A stretch of 20,000 nucleotides of DNA from an uncultured virus (IMG/VR IMGVR_UViG_3300009183_000073) (IMGVR_UViG_3300009183_000073); one strand, 5' to 3'. Shown: positions 8,897-17,395, counted from the stretch's first letter. Program-made: numbers and translations. The notes: generated from the letters alone by a model not told the origin.

Positions 8897-9973
8897 ATGG
8901 CTGATATAAAGAATACTCAAGAATTTGAAAAGGGTAATCAGGAAGAAGTTTTATTAAAAGTATCAGAGAATTTATTACCAATCGAACAGCAAATCAAGGC
9001 TGGTGGTGATCAGCATATCACATACGAAAAAAATAAGTATGAACATATCGGTTCTGTTACAAATCAATTCCCCCCTATTCGTGTAGATGTACAAGGCAAG
9101 TTCAGACCTAAGTCTGTAGATATATCTGGTAAGGGATCTTTTGTTAATTATCAGCCAGTATCATATACTGAAGAAGTAGAAAATACTAGATTCCCTTGTG
9201 GAACATATTCTGTAATGGTAGGAAACAGATATGATTTAAGTGTAGGTAATGGAGGTATAGGATTTTCTACTGGTGGTGGAATGCGAATAGCTGCGGGTGG
9301 TAGAGCAAACATAACTTCAACCAAGGAAGTTAATATAGCATCTGGTGAAGGTAATGTAGATATTAAAGCTGCACAGAATTTATCTCTAGAAGCAGACTCG
9401 ATGAATTTAACTTGCCCTAATCAAGTTGTAGTTGATTGTAATTTAGGAGTAACTAGGAATGCCATTATTAATGGATGTGCTTTTATTGATGGTGAAGTAT
9501 ATTTACATCACGTAACATGTCCAGCAGAAGTACAATATACTGGTGGTGGTATTGGTAGCTTTGGTCAATTGATGACGGGAGCTGGTCCAGGTGGTTCTGA
9601 AAAAGGTGGTGGAGGTACTACTGTTATAGGATATGCAGATGTAAGCTTTATAAAAGATATGCTTACACGCCCCTTAGCAGATTCTAGGGGAGACGTTCAT
9701 GCATATTCTTGGAATGGGCCAGATAAAGTTCCCGTCCTTGTTTTATCTGAGGGAGGTACACCATTAGCATCTAGTGCTGGTAATGGAGGATCAAAATCAA
9801 ACCCAACATTTTCTGTATTTGTATATCCACACGAACATCCATTTAATAATATTCCAATTACATTTACAACTGGAAATGAGCAAATGAGAGGTGCTGCTTC
9901 TGGATTAAATAATTCAACATCAGCGGGAAATGCTAAACCTATTGTAAATGGCTACAAGGTTCCTGGCGGTTAG
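8897..9973 (+). CDS. Baseplate spike C-terminal-like protein (beta-helix repeats with HxH tip motif)
   Basis: Gly-punctuated beta repeats (VMVGNRYDLSVGNGGIGFSTGGGMRIAAGG...) and a C-terminal PHEHPF motif. Own TAAATA-N5-ATG start (8886-8891). Confidence 0.6.
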   Translation: MADIKNTQEFEKGNQEEVLLKVSENLLPIEQQIKAGGDQHITYEKNKYEHIGSVTNQFPPIRVDVQGKFRPKSVDISGKGSFVNYQPVSYTEEVENTRFPCGTYSVMVGNRYDLSVGNGGIGFSTGGGMRIAAGGRANITSTKEVNIASGEGNVDIKAAQNLSLEADSMNLTCPNQVVVDCNLGVTRNAIINGCAFIDGEVYLHHVTCPAEVQYTGGGIGSFGQLMTGAGPGGSEKGGGGTTVIGYADVSFIKDMLTRPLADSRGDVHAYSWNGPDKVPVLVLSEGGTPLASSAGNGGSKSNPTFSVFVYPHEHPFNNIPITFTTGNEQMRGAASGLNNSTSAGNAKPIVNGYKVPGG

Positions 9974-10760
9974 TATTCTCCATTATAGTTCTATATTGAA
10001 TCCATTGACAGAAATTAGCATGTACTCCAAAAGTAGCTTGGGCCGAATGTTCCAAAGGACTGAAATGTCCTTCCTTCAACAACTGATCATGTAGAGTATA
10101 ATCTCTATCATAATTAATAATACCATCAAAAGTTTTATAAGAAACTCTGGCTGCTCTAGCTGTAGCTATTTTAAGTTTTTGTTCAATTGATAAACCATCT
10201 GTAAATCTATCACCGAATGGTATATGCCAATCTCCATTTTTTAGTTCTTTAGGAGAACTAGCTTTCATGGCATCTTGCATTTTATATGCAAGTTCTCTAA
10301 TTTCTGGTTGAGCTGCACTATGCGCTCTTAACTTAAAGAAATTATCATATTCTGTAGCTGTAAGAAGAGTCTTGATATGAAAAAATGGCTCCATTAAACG
10401 GTTGGCAATTTGCTTATGGATTTTAAGATCATTTAATTTTTTAGCATAAACAACAGCAGAATCTCTTGCTTCATTCCAAATTTGCATTGCTTTAATTTTA
10501 GTTGCTTCATCAACTTCATTATCTGCCTGCATCCCCTTTTGGTTAGCACCCCAATGAATAGGAATAGCTGGATCTGTTAAAACATCTTCAATAAATTTTT
10601 CAATAGGAATCGCTCTTGACGAGGCTGCATTTCGACTAAACATTCTATGCGTCATTACTTCGGCATGAATGAAGCGAGGATATGTCAAAACAAAACTAGT
10701 TATCCTCTTATTTCTAGATGAAGTATTAATACTATCAGCAACAATCTCAGCAGTGATCAT
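9939..10760 (-). CDS. thyX: FAD-dependent thymidylate synthase
   Basis: PRFIHAEVMTHRMFSRNAASSRAIP (ThyX signature variant), NFFKLR...AQPEIRELA, ARAARVSY and H.SPLEH. Confidence 0.93.
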   Translation of the reverse strand: MITAEIVADSINTSSRNKRITSFVLTYPRFIHAEVMTHRMFSRNAASSRAIPIEKFIEDVLTDPAIPIHWGANQKGMQADNEVDEATKIKAMQIWNEARDSAVVYAKKLNDLKIHKQIANRLMEPFFHIKTLLTATEYDNFFKLRAHSAAQPEIRELAYKMQDAMKASSPKELKNGDWHIPFGDRFTDGLSIEQKLKIATARAARVSYKTFDGIINYDRDYTLHDQLLKEGHFSPLEHSAQATFGVHANFCQWIQYRTIMENTNRQEPCSHLQ

Positions 10761-10766
10761 TTTCGG

Positions 10767-10794
10767 ATATTATCACAAAACAAATGTTTGTAAA
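10767..10794 (-). promoter_or_regulatory. Sigma70-type (early/middle) promoter of thyX
   Basis: Minus strand reads TTTACA-N16 (ending TGa)-TAATAT-N6-ATG. Confidence 0.6.
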
Positions 10795-10801
10795 GGCGAA
10801 T

Positions 10802-11434
10802 TTAGACAATACCATCTACTAGGCCATATTTCAGACAAGTTGACGAGTCAAACCAAATATCTCTTTTTAATATGTTGTCTAATTCTTTCATGGGAATTTT
10901 AGTATATTCTTTATATAAAGATTTAATAACTCCCATGATTCTACGGTTATTTTCGTTTTCGTCTTGTAGACGCTCAAAAGTTCCAGCACAAACAGAACTT
11001 AATTGATGGATTAACATAAATCCATTTTTACCAATAAATCTTTTTTTACCAACAATACTAATAAGAGTCGATGCGCTTGCAGCAGCGCCTTCCACATAAG
11101 TATAAACTTTTGTTTTCATACTTCTAATAGTATCTACTGAAGATAGACCAGCTAAAACATCTCCTCCATAACTATGAATTCTTAGATGTATTGTCGGATC
11201 AAATTCCGAATCATTCATAGTTATTTTAGCATGTTGCATTCTTATATCCAATTCTCTAAGCAATCTATTTAATTCGCTGCAACTAGATCCAGATATTTCT
11301 GCATAGAAATGTATTGTATTATCCAATGCTTTGATAGATCCATTAGGAAGCAAGAGATCTGACGTTGGTAATGATTGAGGTGTTTCCTTGAATAATTCTT
11401 CCTCAAATTCTTCAGACCCCCAATATTTTTTCAT
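10802..11434 (-). CDS. clpP: ClpP-like serine protease (peptidase S14)
   Basis: IHLRIHSYGGDV..G, EGAAASA (Ser), FMLIHQ (His), RDIWF (Asp) and KYGLVD.I motifs. Confidence 0.9.
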   Translation of the reverse strand: MKKYWGSEEFEEELFKETPQSLPTSDLLLPNGSIKALDNTIHFYAEISGSSCSELNRLLRELDIRMQHAKITMNDSEFDPTIHLRIHSYGGDVLAGLSSVDTIRSMKTKVYTYVEGAAASASTLISIVGKKRFIGKNGFMLIHQLSSVCAGTFERLQDENENNRRIMGVIKSLYKEYTKIPMKELDNILKRDIWFDSSTCLKYGLVDGIV

Positions 11435-11447
11435 ATGTTATTATTTA

Positions 11448-12008
11448 TTATAAAACCCGAGAAAGTCCAAGTATGAAAATCCTTTTACCATCTTCATCAT
11501 CAACATCAATAGCAGTGCATTTCACTTTTGATATTAATCCAGTAACACGATGTTGATATCTGAAAATTTCTTCGAAAGGAGTATTATATGTAATCATATT
11601 ATGCCACTTTTTTTGTATATTTTGTCTATCATCTATATGAACTGATAATAACCAGTGATGACCAGAAGCATCATCCTCAGATAATCCAGTAAGAGATGTC
11701 CATTTACTATTTACTTTTATACATCTACCTTCTGCGTCACATACAAATTGTGCTAGCTCTAAAGTATCTAATATAGAATTTACAAGTTTACTATTTAATT
11801 TTATCTCATGATAGATATCTTTTTGCATATCCTTTATCTTTACAACTAACTCAGGCGTCTCTTTTATTAAACGAATCAAATTATAGGTATCAGTTTTTTT
11901 AAAGAATTTTGAAGAAAATTTATAAAATGCGTATAAAGATCCTATTATGGCTATACAATAATAAATTGTGTTAACATTGGATGATGTGAGTATATATAAC
12001 GAATTCAT
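11448..12008 (-). CDS. Membrane-anchored PAS-domain protein without output domain
   Basis: N-terminal hydrophobic helix (IYYCIAIIGSLYAFY), a linker, then a PAS fold: FVCDAEGRCIKVNSKWTSLTGLS...GHHWLLSVHIDDR...FEEIFRY...DEDGKRIFILG at the C-terminus. Confidence 0.85.
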   Translation of the reverse strand: MNSLYILTSSNVNTIYYCIAIIGSLYAFYKFSSKFFKKTDTYNLIRLIKETPELVVKIKDMQKDIYHEIKLNSKLVNSILDTLELAQFVCDAEGRCIKVNSKWTSLTGLSEDDASGHHWLLSVHIDDRQNIQKKWHNMITYNTPFEEIFRYQHRVTGLISKVKCTAIDVDDEDGKRIFILGLSRVL

Positions 12009-12012
12009 TTAA

Positions 12013-12273
12013 TTATTTGTTTAAATTATCGTTTGTAATTTCAGTTAATAAATTATTCTGAGAATTATTATTATCTGAAATAGTAGTATCTAAGAATGCT
12101 TTTATGGAGATGAGTCCAGGGAGTAGAGATTTGAATGTAATTTTAATCCAATCTAAATTAGAAATTTCTCCTAAATCATGTACATTTATAGCATCTAATA
12201 AAGAAACGAATGATATAATTCCACTTACAATAACATATAAAGACATTTTTGCTATTAACTTCCATGTATGCAT
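12013..12273 (-). CDS. Small two-TM membrane protein, holin-like
   Basis: Hydrophobic segments LYVIVSGIISFVSLL and WIKITFKSLLPGLISIKAFLD with a hydrophilic tail. TAAATA-N6-ATG start. Confidence 0.5.
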   Translation of the reverse strand: MHTWKLIAKMSLYVIVSGIISFVSLLDAINVHDLGEISNLDWIKITFKSLLPGLISIKAFLDTTISDNNNSQNNLLTEITNDNLNK

Positions 12274-12300
12274 ATATATTATTTATCCAAAAACATAACA

Positions 12301-12331
12301 AAAAGGGATTAGATATTTAATCTAATCCCTT
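12301..12331 (-). terminator. Rho-independent terminator downstream of nrd operon
   Basis: 12-bp inverted repeat aagggattagat / atctaatccctt with a 5-nt loop. The A-run on the left reads as a U-tract on the minus strand. Confidence 0.8.
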
Positions 12332-12354
12332 CTGTTGCAACATTTTTCATTAAA

Positions 12355-12513
12355 TCACCAATGTCTTATAACACCAGATATAATAAAAATGCATGTTATT
12401 ATATGCATAAGCCACCAAAATGTTCTAATAATGGCAGCTATATCTGACTGGGTATTGTCTTCTGCTATTTTATTACCCATTGTTTTACACCAAATCTCCC
12501 AGATATTTTTCAT
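12355..12513 (-). CDS. 52-aa membrane protein (missed by ORF track)
   Basis: Translated by hand: MKNIWEIWCKTMGNKIAEDNTQSDIAAIIRTFWWLMHIITCIFIISGVIRHW*. ATGA overlap with the upstream stop. The W..W.K..G.K...D..A.IRT...GVIRHW pattern recalls a small T4-like phage family. Confidence 0.8.
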   Translation of the reverse strand: MKNIWEIWCKTMGNKIAEDNTQSDIAAIIRTFWWLMHIITCIFIISGVIRHW

Positions 12514-12734
12514 GGATTTGTAATCTTATCAGCTATGTCTTGAATAGATTGTCTTTTTTTTCCTTCTACTTTTTGAGCATATTCATTAAGCATCCTAAAT
12601 GCATACTCGATCCTAACCCAAGATAAACTAATATTATCTATCTTAGGTGTTTCTATATTACCATCATTTATACAATAAAGCAATACAGATATTTCGTCTG
12701 GACTTAATCTATTTAATTTATGAGTAGGTATCAT
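12510..12734 (-). CDS. Hypothetical protein
   Basis: 74-aa ORF starting 1 nt after the nrdA stop and coupled to the next gene. Confidence 0.7.
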   Translation of the reverse strand: MIPTHKLNRLSPDEISVLLYCINDGNIETPKIDNISLSWVRIEYAFRMLNEYAQKVEGKKRQSIQDIADKITNP

Positions 12735-12735
12735 A

Positions 12736-14379
12736 TTAAGCTTCGCAACTCTTACAATTCATTATTGACCTGGCAAGCTCTTGGGCTGGGTTTGCGCTAC
12801 GCTGGTAGTATAGACTTTTAATTCCCATTTCCCATGCGAAAACCATAAGTTCATTTACTTCTTTTGGTTTTGTATTAGGAGGAATCATGATATTTAGACT
12901 CTGTCCTTGATCAATATACTTCTGTCTTTGTGAAGCTTGTATTACAATTTCCTTTTGGCTAATCTCACCAAAAGTTTTATATATATCCTTTTCTTCTTGT
13001 GATAAGAAATCTAAATGTTGAACGCTTCCCCCTTTCACCAAGATACCTCTCCATACATCATCAGTATCTTGATTTTTTTCTTGTAATAAAGATTTTAGAT
13101 ATGGGTTTCTAAACGTGAATTTTCCTTTAGAAAGGTCCTTAACATAGTAATTAGAATTAAGAGGTTCAACGCTAGGGGATACTTGTCCTAGAATAAACGA
13201 ACTAGAAGTAGTAGGAGCCACTGCTAGTGTAGTGGTATTTCTACGTCCATATCCTTTTAATAAAGGAGCTTCTCCAAATTTATCTGCTAAATCACAGGTA
13301 GCTTGATCTGCTTGTTGTCTGATAAATTTCCAGACTTCTACGTTCAGAAATTTAGCGTCCATGCTTTCAAATGCTATATTCTTCTTTTGAAGAAGTGAAT
13401 GCCATCCCAATACACCCAATCCTAGTGCTCTATGATTAACAGCAAAGTTTCTAGGTGCTTGCATGTACTTATCATTTTCTGTTTTATCAATAAATTCAGT
13501 CATTACTGCATCAAGAAAATGAATCATGACTTGCACAGCATCAGTGTTCTTCCATTCATCCCATGTTTCGAGATTCATAGAAGCCAAATTACAAACAAAT
13601 GACTCGTCTTTATTATTTGGTAAATTTATTTCCGCGCAAAGATTTGAATGTAAGATCCTCATTCCCTTGTCTTTATAAACTTGAGGAGCATTGTTATTTG
13701 CATTATCAGAAAAGAAAACGTATGGATATCCACTTTCAAATCTCTTTTTGATAATATCACCCCATACTTTTCTTTTTTGTTTATCTCCTTCTAACATCGA
13801 TTTCATCCAATCGTCTGAAACACAAACTCCAATAGAGATATCTTGAATAGGATTACCTTCGCTTTTAATCTTTAGAAATTCTTCGATATCGGGATGATCT
13901 ACTGGAAGATATGCAGCAAATGATCCTCTACGAACATTTCCTTGAGATACCACATGCATCAGCGTGTCGTAAATTTCCATGAAATGTACTGCCCCCGTAG
14001 AAACACCCCCAGAAGAAATAGCAGCACCTCGTCCACGAATATCTCCGAAATATCCTGAAGTTCCACCACCACCTTTTGTCATTATTCCTACTTCAGCAGC
14101 TTTTTCTAAGATACCTTCCATTGTGTCAGGAATATAAGATCCGAAACAACTAATAGGCAATCCTCTTTCTCTGCCGTAATTACTCCACAGAGGACTACTT
14201 AAAGAGTAAGCTCCCATAGAAATATACTTAATAAATTTATTATGATATTCTTCTCCTAGATATTTTTTAGCAGCATTAGCGATATCAGAAATGCGTTGTT
14301 CTGGAGTTTCATCTTTTACAAGATAACCTCTCTCCAGAAAAGTTCTAGAGTCTTTATTTAACCAATATATATTACTCAT
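12736..14379 (-). CDS. nrdA: Ribonucleotide reductase alpha subunit (short, no ATP cone); start ATG 14379
   Basis: LPISCF, GGGTS, SQGNVRRGS.A.YL...HPDI, SNLCAEI, VAPTTSSS, DQGQSLN, KSLYY and C-terminal CKSCEA. ATG 14379 is preceded by TAAATA-N5. Confidence 0.96.
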   Translation of the reverse strand: MSNIYWLNKDSRTFLERGYLVKDETPEQRISDIANAAKKYLGEEYHNKFIKYISMGAYSLSSPLWSNYGRERGLPISCFGSYIPDTMEGILEKAAEVGIMTKGGGGTSGYFGDIRGRGAAISSGGVSTGAVHFMEIYDTLMHVVSQGNVRRGSFAAYLPVDHPDIEEFLKIKSEGNPIQDISIGVCVSDDWMKSMLEGDKQKRKVWGDIIKKRFESGYPYVFFSDNANNNAPQVYKDKGMRILHSNLCAEINLPNNKDESFVCNLASMNLETWDEWKNTDAVQVMIHFLDAVMTEFIDKTENDKYMQAPRNFAVNHRALGLGVLGWHSLLQKKNIAFESMDAKFLNVEVWKFIRQQADQATCDLADKFGEAPLLKGYGRRNTTTLAVAPTTSSSFILGQVSPSVEPLNSNYYVKDLSKGKFTFRNPYLKSLLQEKNQDTDDVWRGILVKGGSVQHLDFLSQEEKDIYKTFGEISQKEIVIQASQRQKYIDQGQSLNIMIPPNTKPKEVNELMVFAWEMGIKSLYYQRSANPAQELARSIMNCKSCEA

Positions 14380-14387
14380 ATTTTTAT

Positions 14388-15359
14388 TTAAAATAATTCC
14401 GATTCGTCGAAACATTGATTCTTTTTAGCATAACCAGTATCTTTTGAATGGAAAAAATCAGTCATGTTGTTGCCCAATAATTCTTCTTGAAACCACATAG
14501 TAGCAGAAAGAATATCCTTATCTACCTCAAATACTTGAGGAAATCCAATTTGTACTAAAGACTCGTTTATACGATCCTTTACAAACTCTTTTAAAGTAAT
14601 TGCATCTAAACCTTCTTCTTTAATTCCATTGATCATCCAATCAATAATTGCAGATTCAGATTCGAATGCTTCTTTAGCTTCTTTCACAATCTTTTGAGTA
14701 AGTTCTTCATCAAACAAATCTGGATATTCCTCACGAATAGTATTAATTAATTTAATGCCGACTAAGGCATGAATATTTTCTTCGTTACGAGTATAACGTA
14801 CTTGCTGATCTGTATCCTTTAATACATTTTTAAAACGTGCAAACCAATTTATAACATAAAACTGGCTGAACAAAGATACATTTTCTACAAATAAAGTAAA
14901 AAGAATTAATGCATATAGATATTGTTTCTTGCTATCTTTATAAAAACGATGAGTATACTTACGAAGATACTTAACTCTTCCTTCGATCCATCCCAATTTA
15001 AGATTCTCTTCGAAAACATTCTCCAAACCCAATACAGAAATCAATCGTTCATACGCATTATTATGTATGACTTCTACATTAGCCATTACATATCCTAAAT
15101 CTGATAGGCTGGGATGGGGTAAATTCTCTCCTAACTTAGCCCAGAAGGTCTTTACTGCTATCTCAATCTGACCAATCGCAGAAAGAGTTCTAATAACTAT
15201 CTCCTTTTCTTTCTCTGAAAGATTAACTTTAAAGTCTTGAATATCTGAACTAAAATTAAATTCTTTATCTGTCCAAAACCCATTATGCATGGCTTCGATG
15301 AATTTATCTGTCCAAGGATAATGGTTAGGTTTACGCGAAATTTGTTCGTCAAATATCAT
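14388..15359 (-). CDS. nrdB: Ribonucleotide reductase beta subunit (class Id/NrdBi-like)
   Basis: FWT..E, QIEIAVKTFW, EVIHNNAY, ENVSLFSQF, EENIH and DFF motifs. Confidence 0.95.
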   Translation of the reverse strand: MIFDEQISRKPNHYPWTDKFIEAMHNGFWTDKEFNFSSDIQDFKVNLSEKEKEIVIRTLSAIGQIEIAVKTFWAKLGENLPHPSLSDLGYVMANVEVIHNNAYERLISVLGLENVFEENLKLGWIEGRVKYLRKYTHRFYKDSKKQYLYALILFTLFVENVSLFSQFYVINWFARFKNVLKDTDQQVRYTRNEENIHALVGIKLINTIREEYPDLFDEELTQKIVKEAKEAFESESAIIDWMINGIKEEGLDAITLKEFVKDRINESLVQIGFPQVFEVDKDILSATMWFQEELLGNNMTDFFHSKDTGYAKKNQCFDESELF

Positions 15360-15428
15360 AGCTTATATATTTAGATATAGTTGTACTAGTAAAAATAGTA
15401 CTTAAAAAATCAATTAATTGGATAAATA

Positions 15429-15755
15429 CTAACGTAGTGCAGAAATATATTCAGATACGTCTGGGTCTGATTTTTTAATACTACTATTTTCGTAAGTAGC
15501 TGTTTCTTCGTCATCTACAGAAAGAATCTCTTTTACTTTCTTATCGGAAACTTCTGGAAGACCTTCTTCAGATTTTAACAAATCTCTAATCTCTTTTACT
15601 TTATAACCCCGCTTAAGAAGATTCTTAGCTTGTCTAGAAACATATAAAGAATTGTATTTCTCTTCTGTTCCGTATTCTAATACCTTTTTATCGTAATATT
15701 CGTTACCAACAGTAATTACTTTACCAGTTATTAGACAACAAAGCTTATGAGACAT
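15429..15755 (-). CDS. Hypothetical protein (early/middle)
   Basis: 108-aa ORF preceded by a sigma70-like promoter. Confidence 0.7.
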   Translation of the reverse strand: MSHKLCCLITGKVITVGNEYYDKKVLEYGTEEKYNSLYVSRQAKNLLKRGYKVKEIRDLLKSEEGLPEVSDKKVKEILSVDDEETATYENSSIKKSDPDVSEYISALR

Positions 15756-15761
15756 GGTGCT

Positions 15762-15789
15762 ATAGTAGCAGAAAACCCTTCGAAGTCCA
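15762..15789 (-). promoter_or_regulatory. Sigma70-type promoter
   Basis: Minus strand reads TGGACT-N16 (ending TGc)-TACTAT-N6-ATG, the same geometry as the thyX promoter. Confidence 0.6.
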
Positions 15790-15799
15790 CCTAAAACAC

Positions 15800-17164
15800 T
15801 TAAGAAATGAGTTCTGTAATTACATTACCAAAGTTATCAGTAAGCCTAAATTCTCTTCCGTTGTAATTGTATGTAAGCTTTGTATGATCAAAGCCCATAA
15901 GGCGTAGAATAGTTGCATGGAGATCGTGGATATGAACAATATCTTTTACTGCTGTTCCACCAGTTTCATCGGTTTCACCGTAACGCTGACCTCCTTTTAC
16001 GTTTCCTCCAGCCATCCATACGGAGAAGGCTTTTCCGTTGTGGTCGCGTCCAGGTAGCCCCGCACCGCCGCCAGCAGTAACTGTACGACCAAATTCACCA
16101 CCCCATATAACTAATACAGAATCTAATAATCCTCTCTGTTTAAGATCTGTAAGAAGTCCCGAAAATGCTTGATCATATCTAGACGCAGTAGTGGTCATAG
16201 CTCTCTTAATGTCGCTATGATGATCATAGCCACCTACACTTACCTGAACGAAACGAACTCCTCTTTCTACTAGTCTTCTAGCTATCATCATCTTATTACC
16301 TTCTTCGTTTCTACCATAAAGATCCTTTATATTTTCTGGTTCTTTTGTTAGGTCAAATGCATCAGTAGCTTCTGTCTGCATTTTAAATGCCGTCTCAAAT
16401 GCCTCTATACGAGATTCTAACTGAATATCCTTTTGAAGTTTAGCCATATGCATTTGATTAAATTGTTTAGATAAATCTAATTGTCTTCTTTGTCTATCTA
16501 AAGTAGAAAATTCGCTACGAATGTTAGCTAGAATTTCTTCTGCTCGCATCGTTGATCTATACTGAACATTACATCCTTGATATATAGATGGAAGAAATGC
16601 ACACTGTCTCCATTCGGGAGCACCATTTAAAGATATAAATGCTGGCATATTCTGATTTAAAGATCCTAAACCATAAGTAAGCCAACTCCCTAAACTAGGT
16701 TTTGGTAATTGTGTAGAACCAGTATTAAACATCTTTGCAGCAATTCCATGATCTGGAATATCTGTTTGCATAGAATTGATAATAGCAATATTATCCGCAT
16801 GTCGGCCTAACTTAGACCACACTTCAGATATATTTAAACCAGATTTACCGAACTGTGGGAACTCAAAAGGAGAGGCTAATAGATTCCCAGATCCCGCTTT
16901 TTGTCCATCTCTCTTTTGTAGTTCTGGTTTATAGTCAAAAGTATCAACATGTGATGGCGCACCCGAAGCAAAAAGTTGGATAACGGCTTTTGCTTTGACT
17001 GGAAGTGGGGGTGCCTTTGCCTCGAAAGGAGATACAGCTTCAGCCGTTTGTGGGTCGATTCCTAACATTGCTGCTAATGATAATCCTCCAATACCCCAGC
17101 CGAAATCATTTAAAAAATCTCTTCTAGTATGGAACTCTGTTGGATGGTTTCCGCAATCTTTCAT
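15800..17164 (-). CDS. DUF1501 family protein with twin-arginine (Tat) signal peptide
   Basis: TRRDFL signal plus hydrophobic stretch; AKAVIQLF.SGAPSHVDTFDYKP, PSLGSWLTYGLGS.NQNMPAF, ARRLVERGVRFVQV, YDHH, DLKQRGLLDS.LV.WGGEFGRT, GRDH, DLHATIL.LMG.DHTKLTY and RLTD motifs. Confidence 0.92.
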   Translation of the reverse strand: MKDCGNHPTEFHTRRDFLNDFGWGIGGLSLAAMLGIDPQTAEAVSPFEAKAPPLPVKAKAVIQLFASGAPSHVDTFDYKPELQKRDGQKAGSGNLLASPFEFPQFGKSGLNISEVWSKLGRHADNIAIINSMQTDIPDHGIAAKMFNTGSTQLPKPSLGSWLTYGLGSLNQNMPAFISLNGAPEWRQCAFLPSIYQGCNVQYRSTMRAEEILANIRSEFSTLDRQRRQLDLSKQFNQMHMAKLQKDIQLESRIEAFETAFKMQTEATDAFDLTKEPENIKDLYGRNEEGNKMMIARRLVERGVRFVQVSVGGYDHHSDIKRAMTTTASRYDQAFSGLLTDLKQRGLLDSVLVIWGGEFGRTVTAGGGAGLPGRDHNGKAFSVWMAGGNVKGGQRYGETDETGGTAVKDIVHIHDLHATILRLMGFDHTKLTYNYNGREFRLTDNFGNVITELIS

Positions 17165-17167
17165 AAA

Positions 17168-17395
17168 TTATTTTTTGTTTTTTGGTTTAGAACTCTTTGT
17201 TTTTTTCTGATACCACATATTACCAACTAAAGCATTAGGACCCATTTTATTAATATTACCCAAGAACTCTCCACCTCCATTAGGTAATACCCCGTCTCTA
17301 CTCGGTCCTTGGGTGAGATTTGGAGAAAATTGAGGATACCTTTTAGCTAGTGTATACTCTTTTAAAAGCTTCTGTACTTTTTCATCAAACTTCAT
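17168..17395 (-). CDS. Small hypothetical late protein with basic C-terminus
   Basis: 75 aa with N-terminus MKFDEKVQKLLKEY and TAAATA-N5-ATG start. Ends 3 nt before the DUF1501 start. Confidence 0.65.
   Translation of the reverse strand: MKFDEKVQKLLKEYTLAKRYPQFSPNLTQGPSRDGVLPNGGGEFLGNINKMGPNALVGNMWYQKKTKSSKPKNKK

Noticed and set aside
12736..15359. Introns or inteins in nrdA/nrdB (common in T4-like phages)
   Set aside because: Both ORFs are continuous and compact, with no intein or homing-endonuclease motifs.
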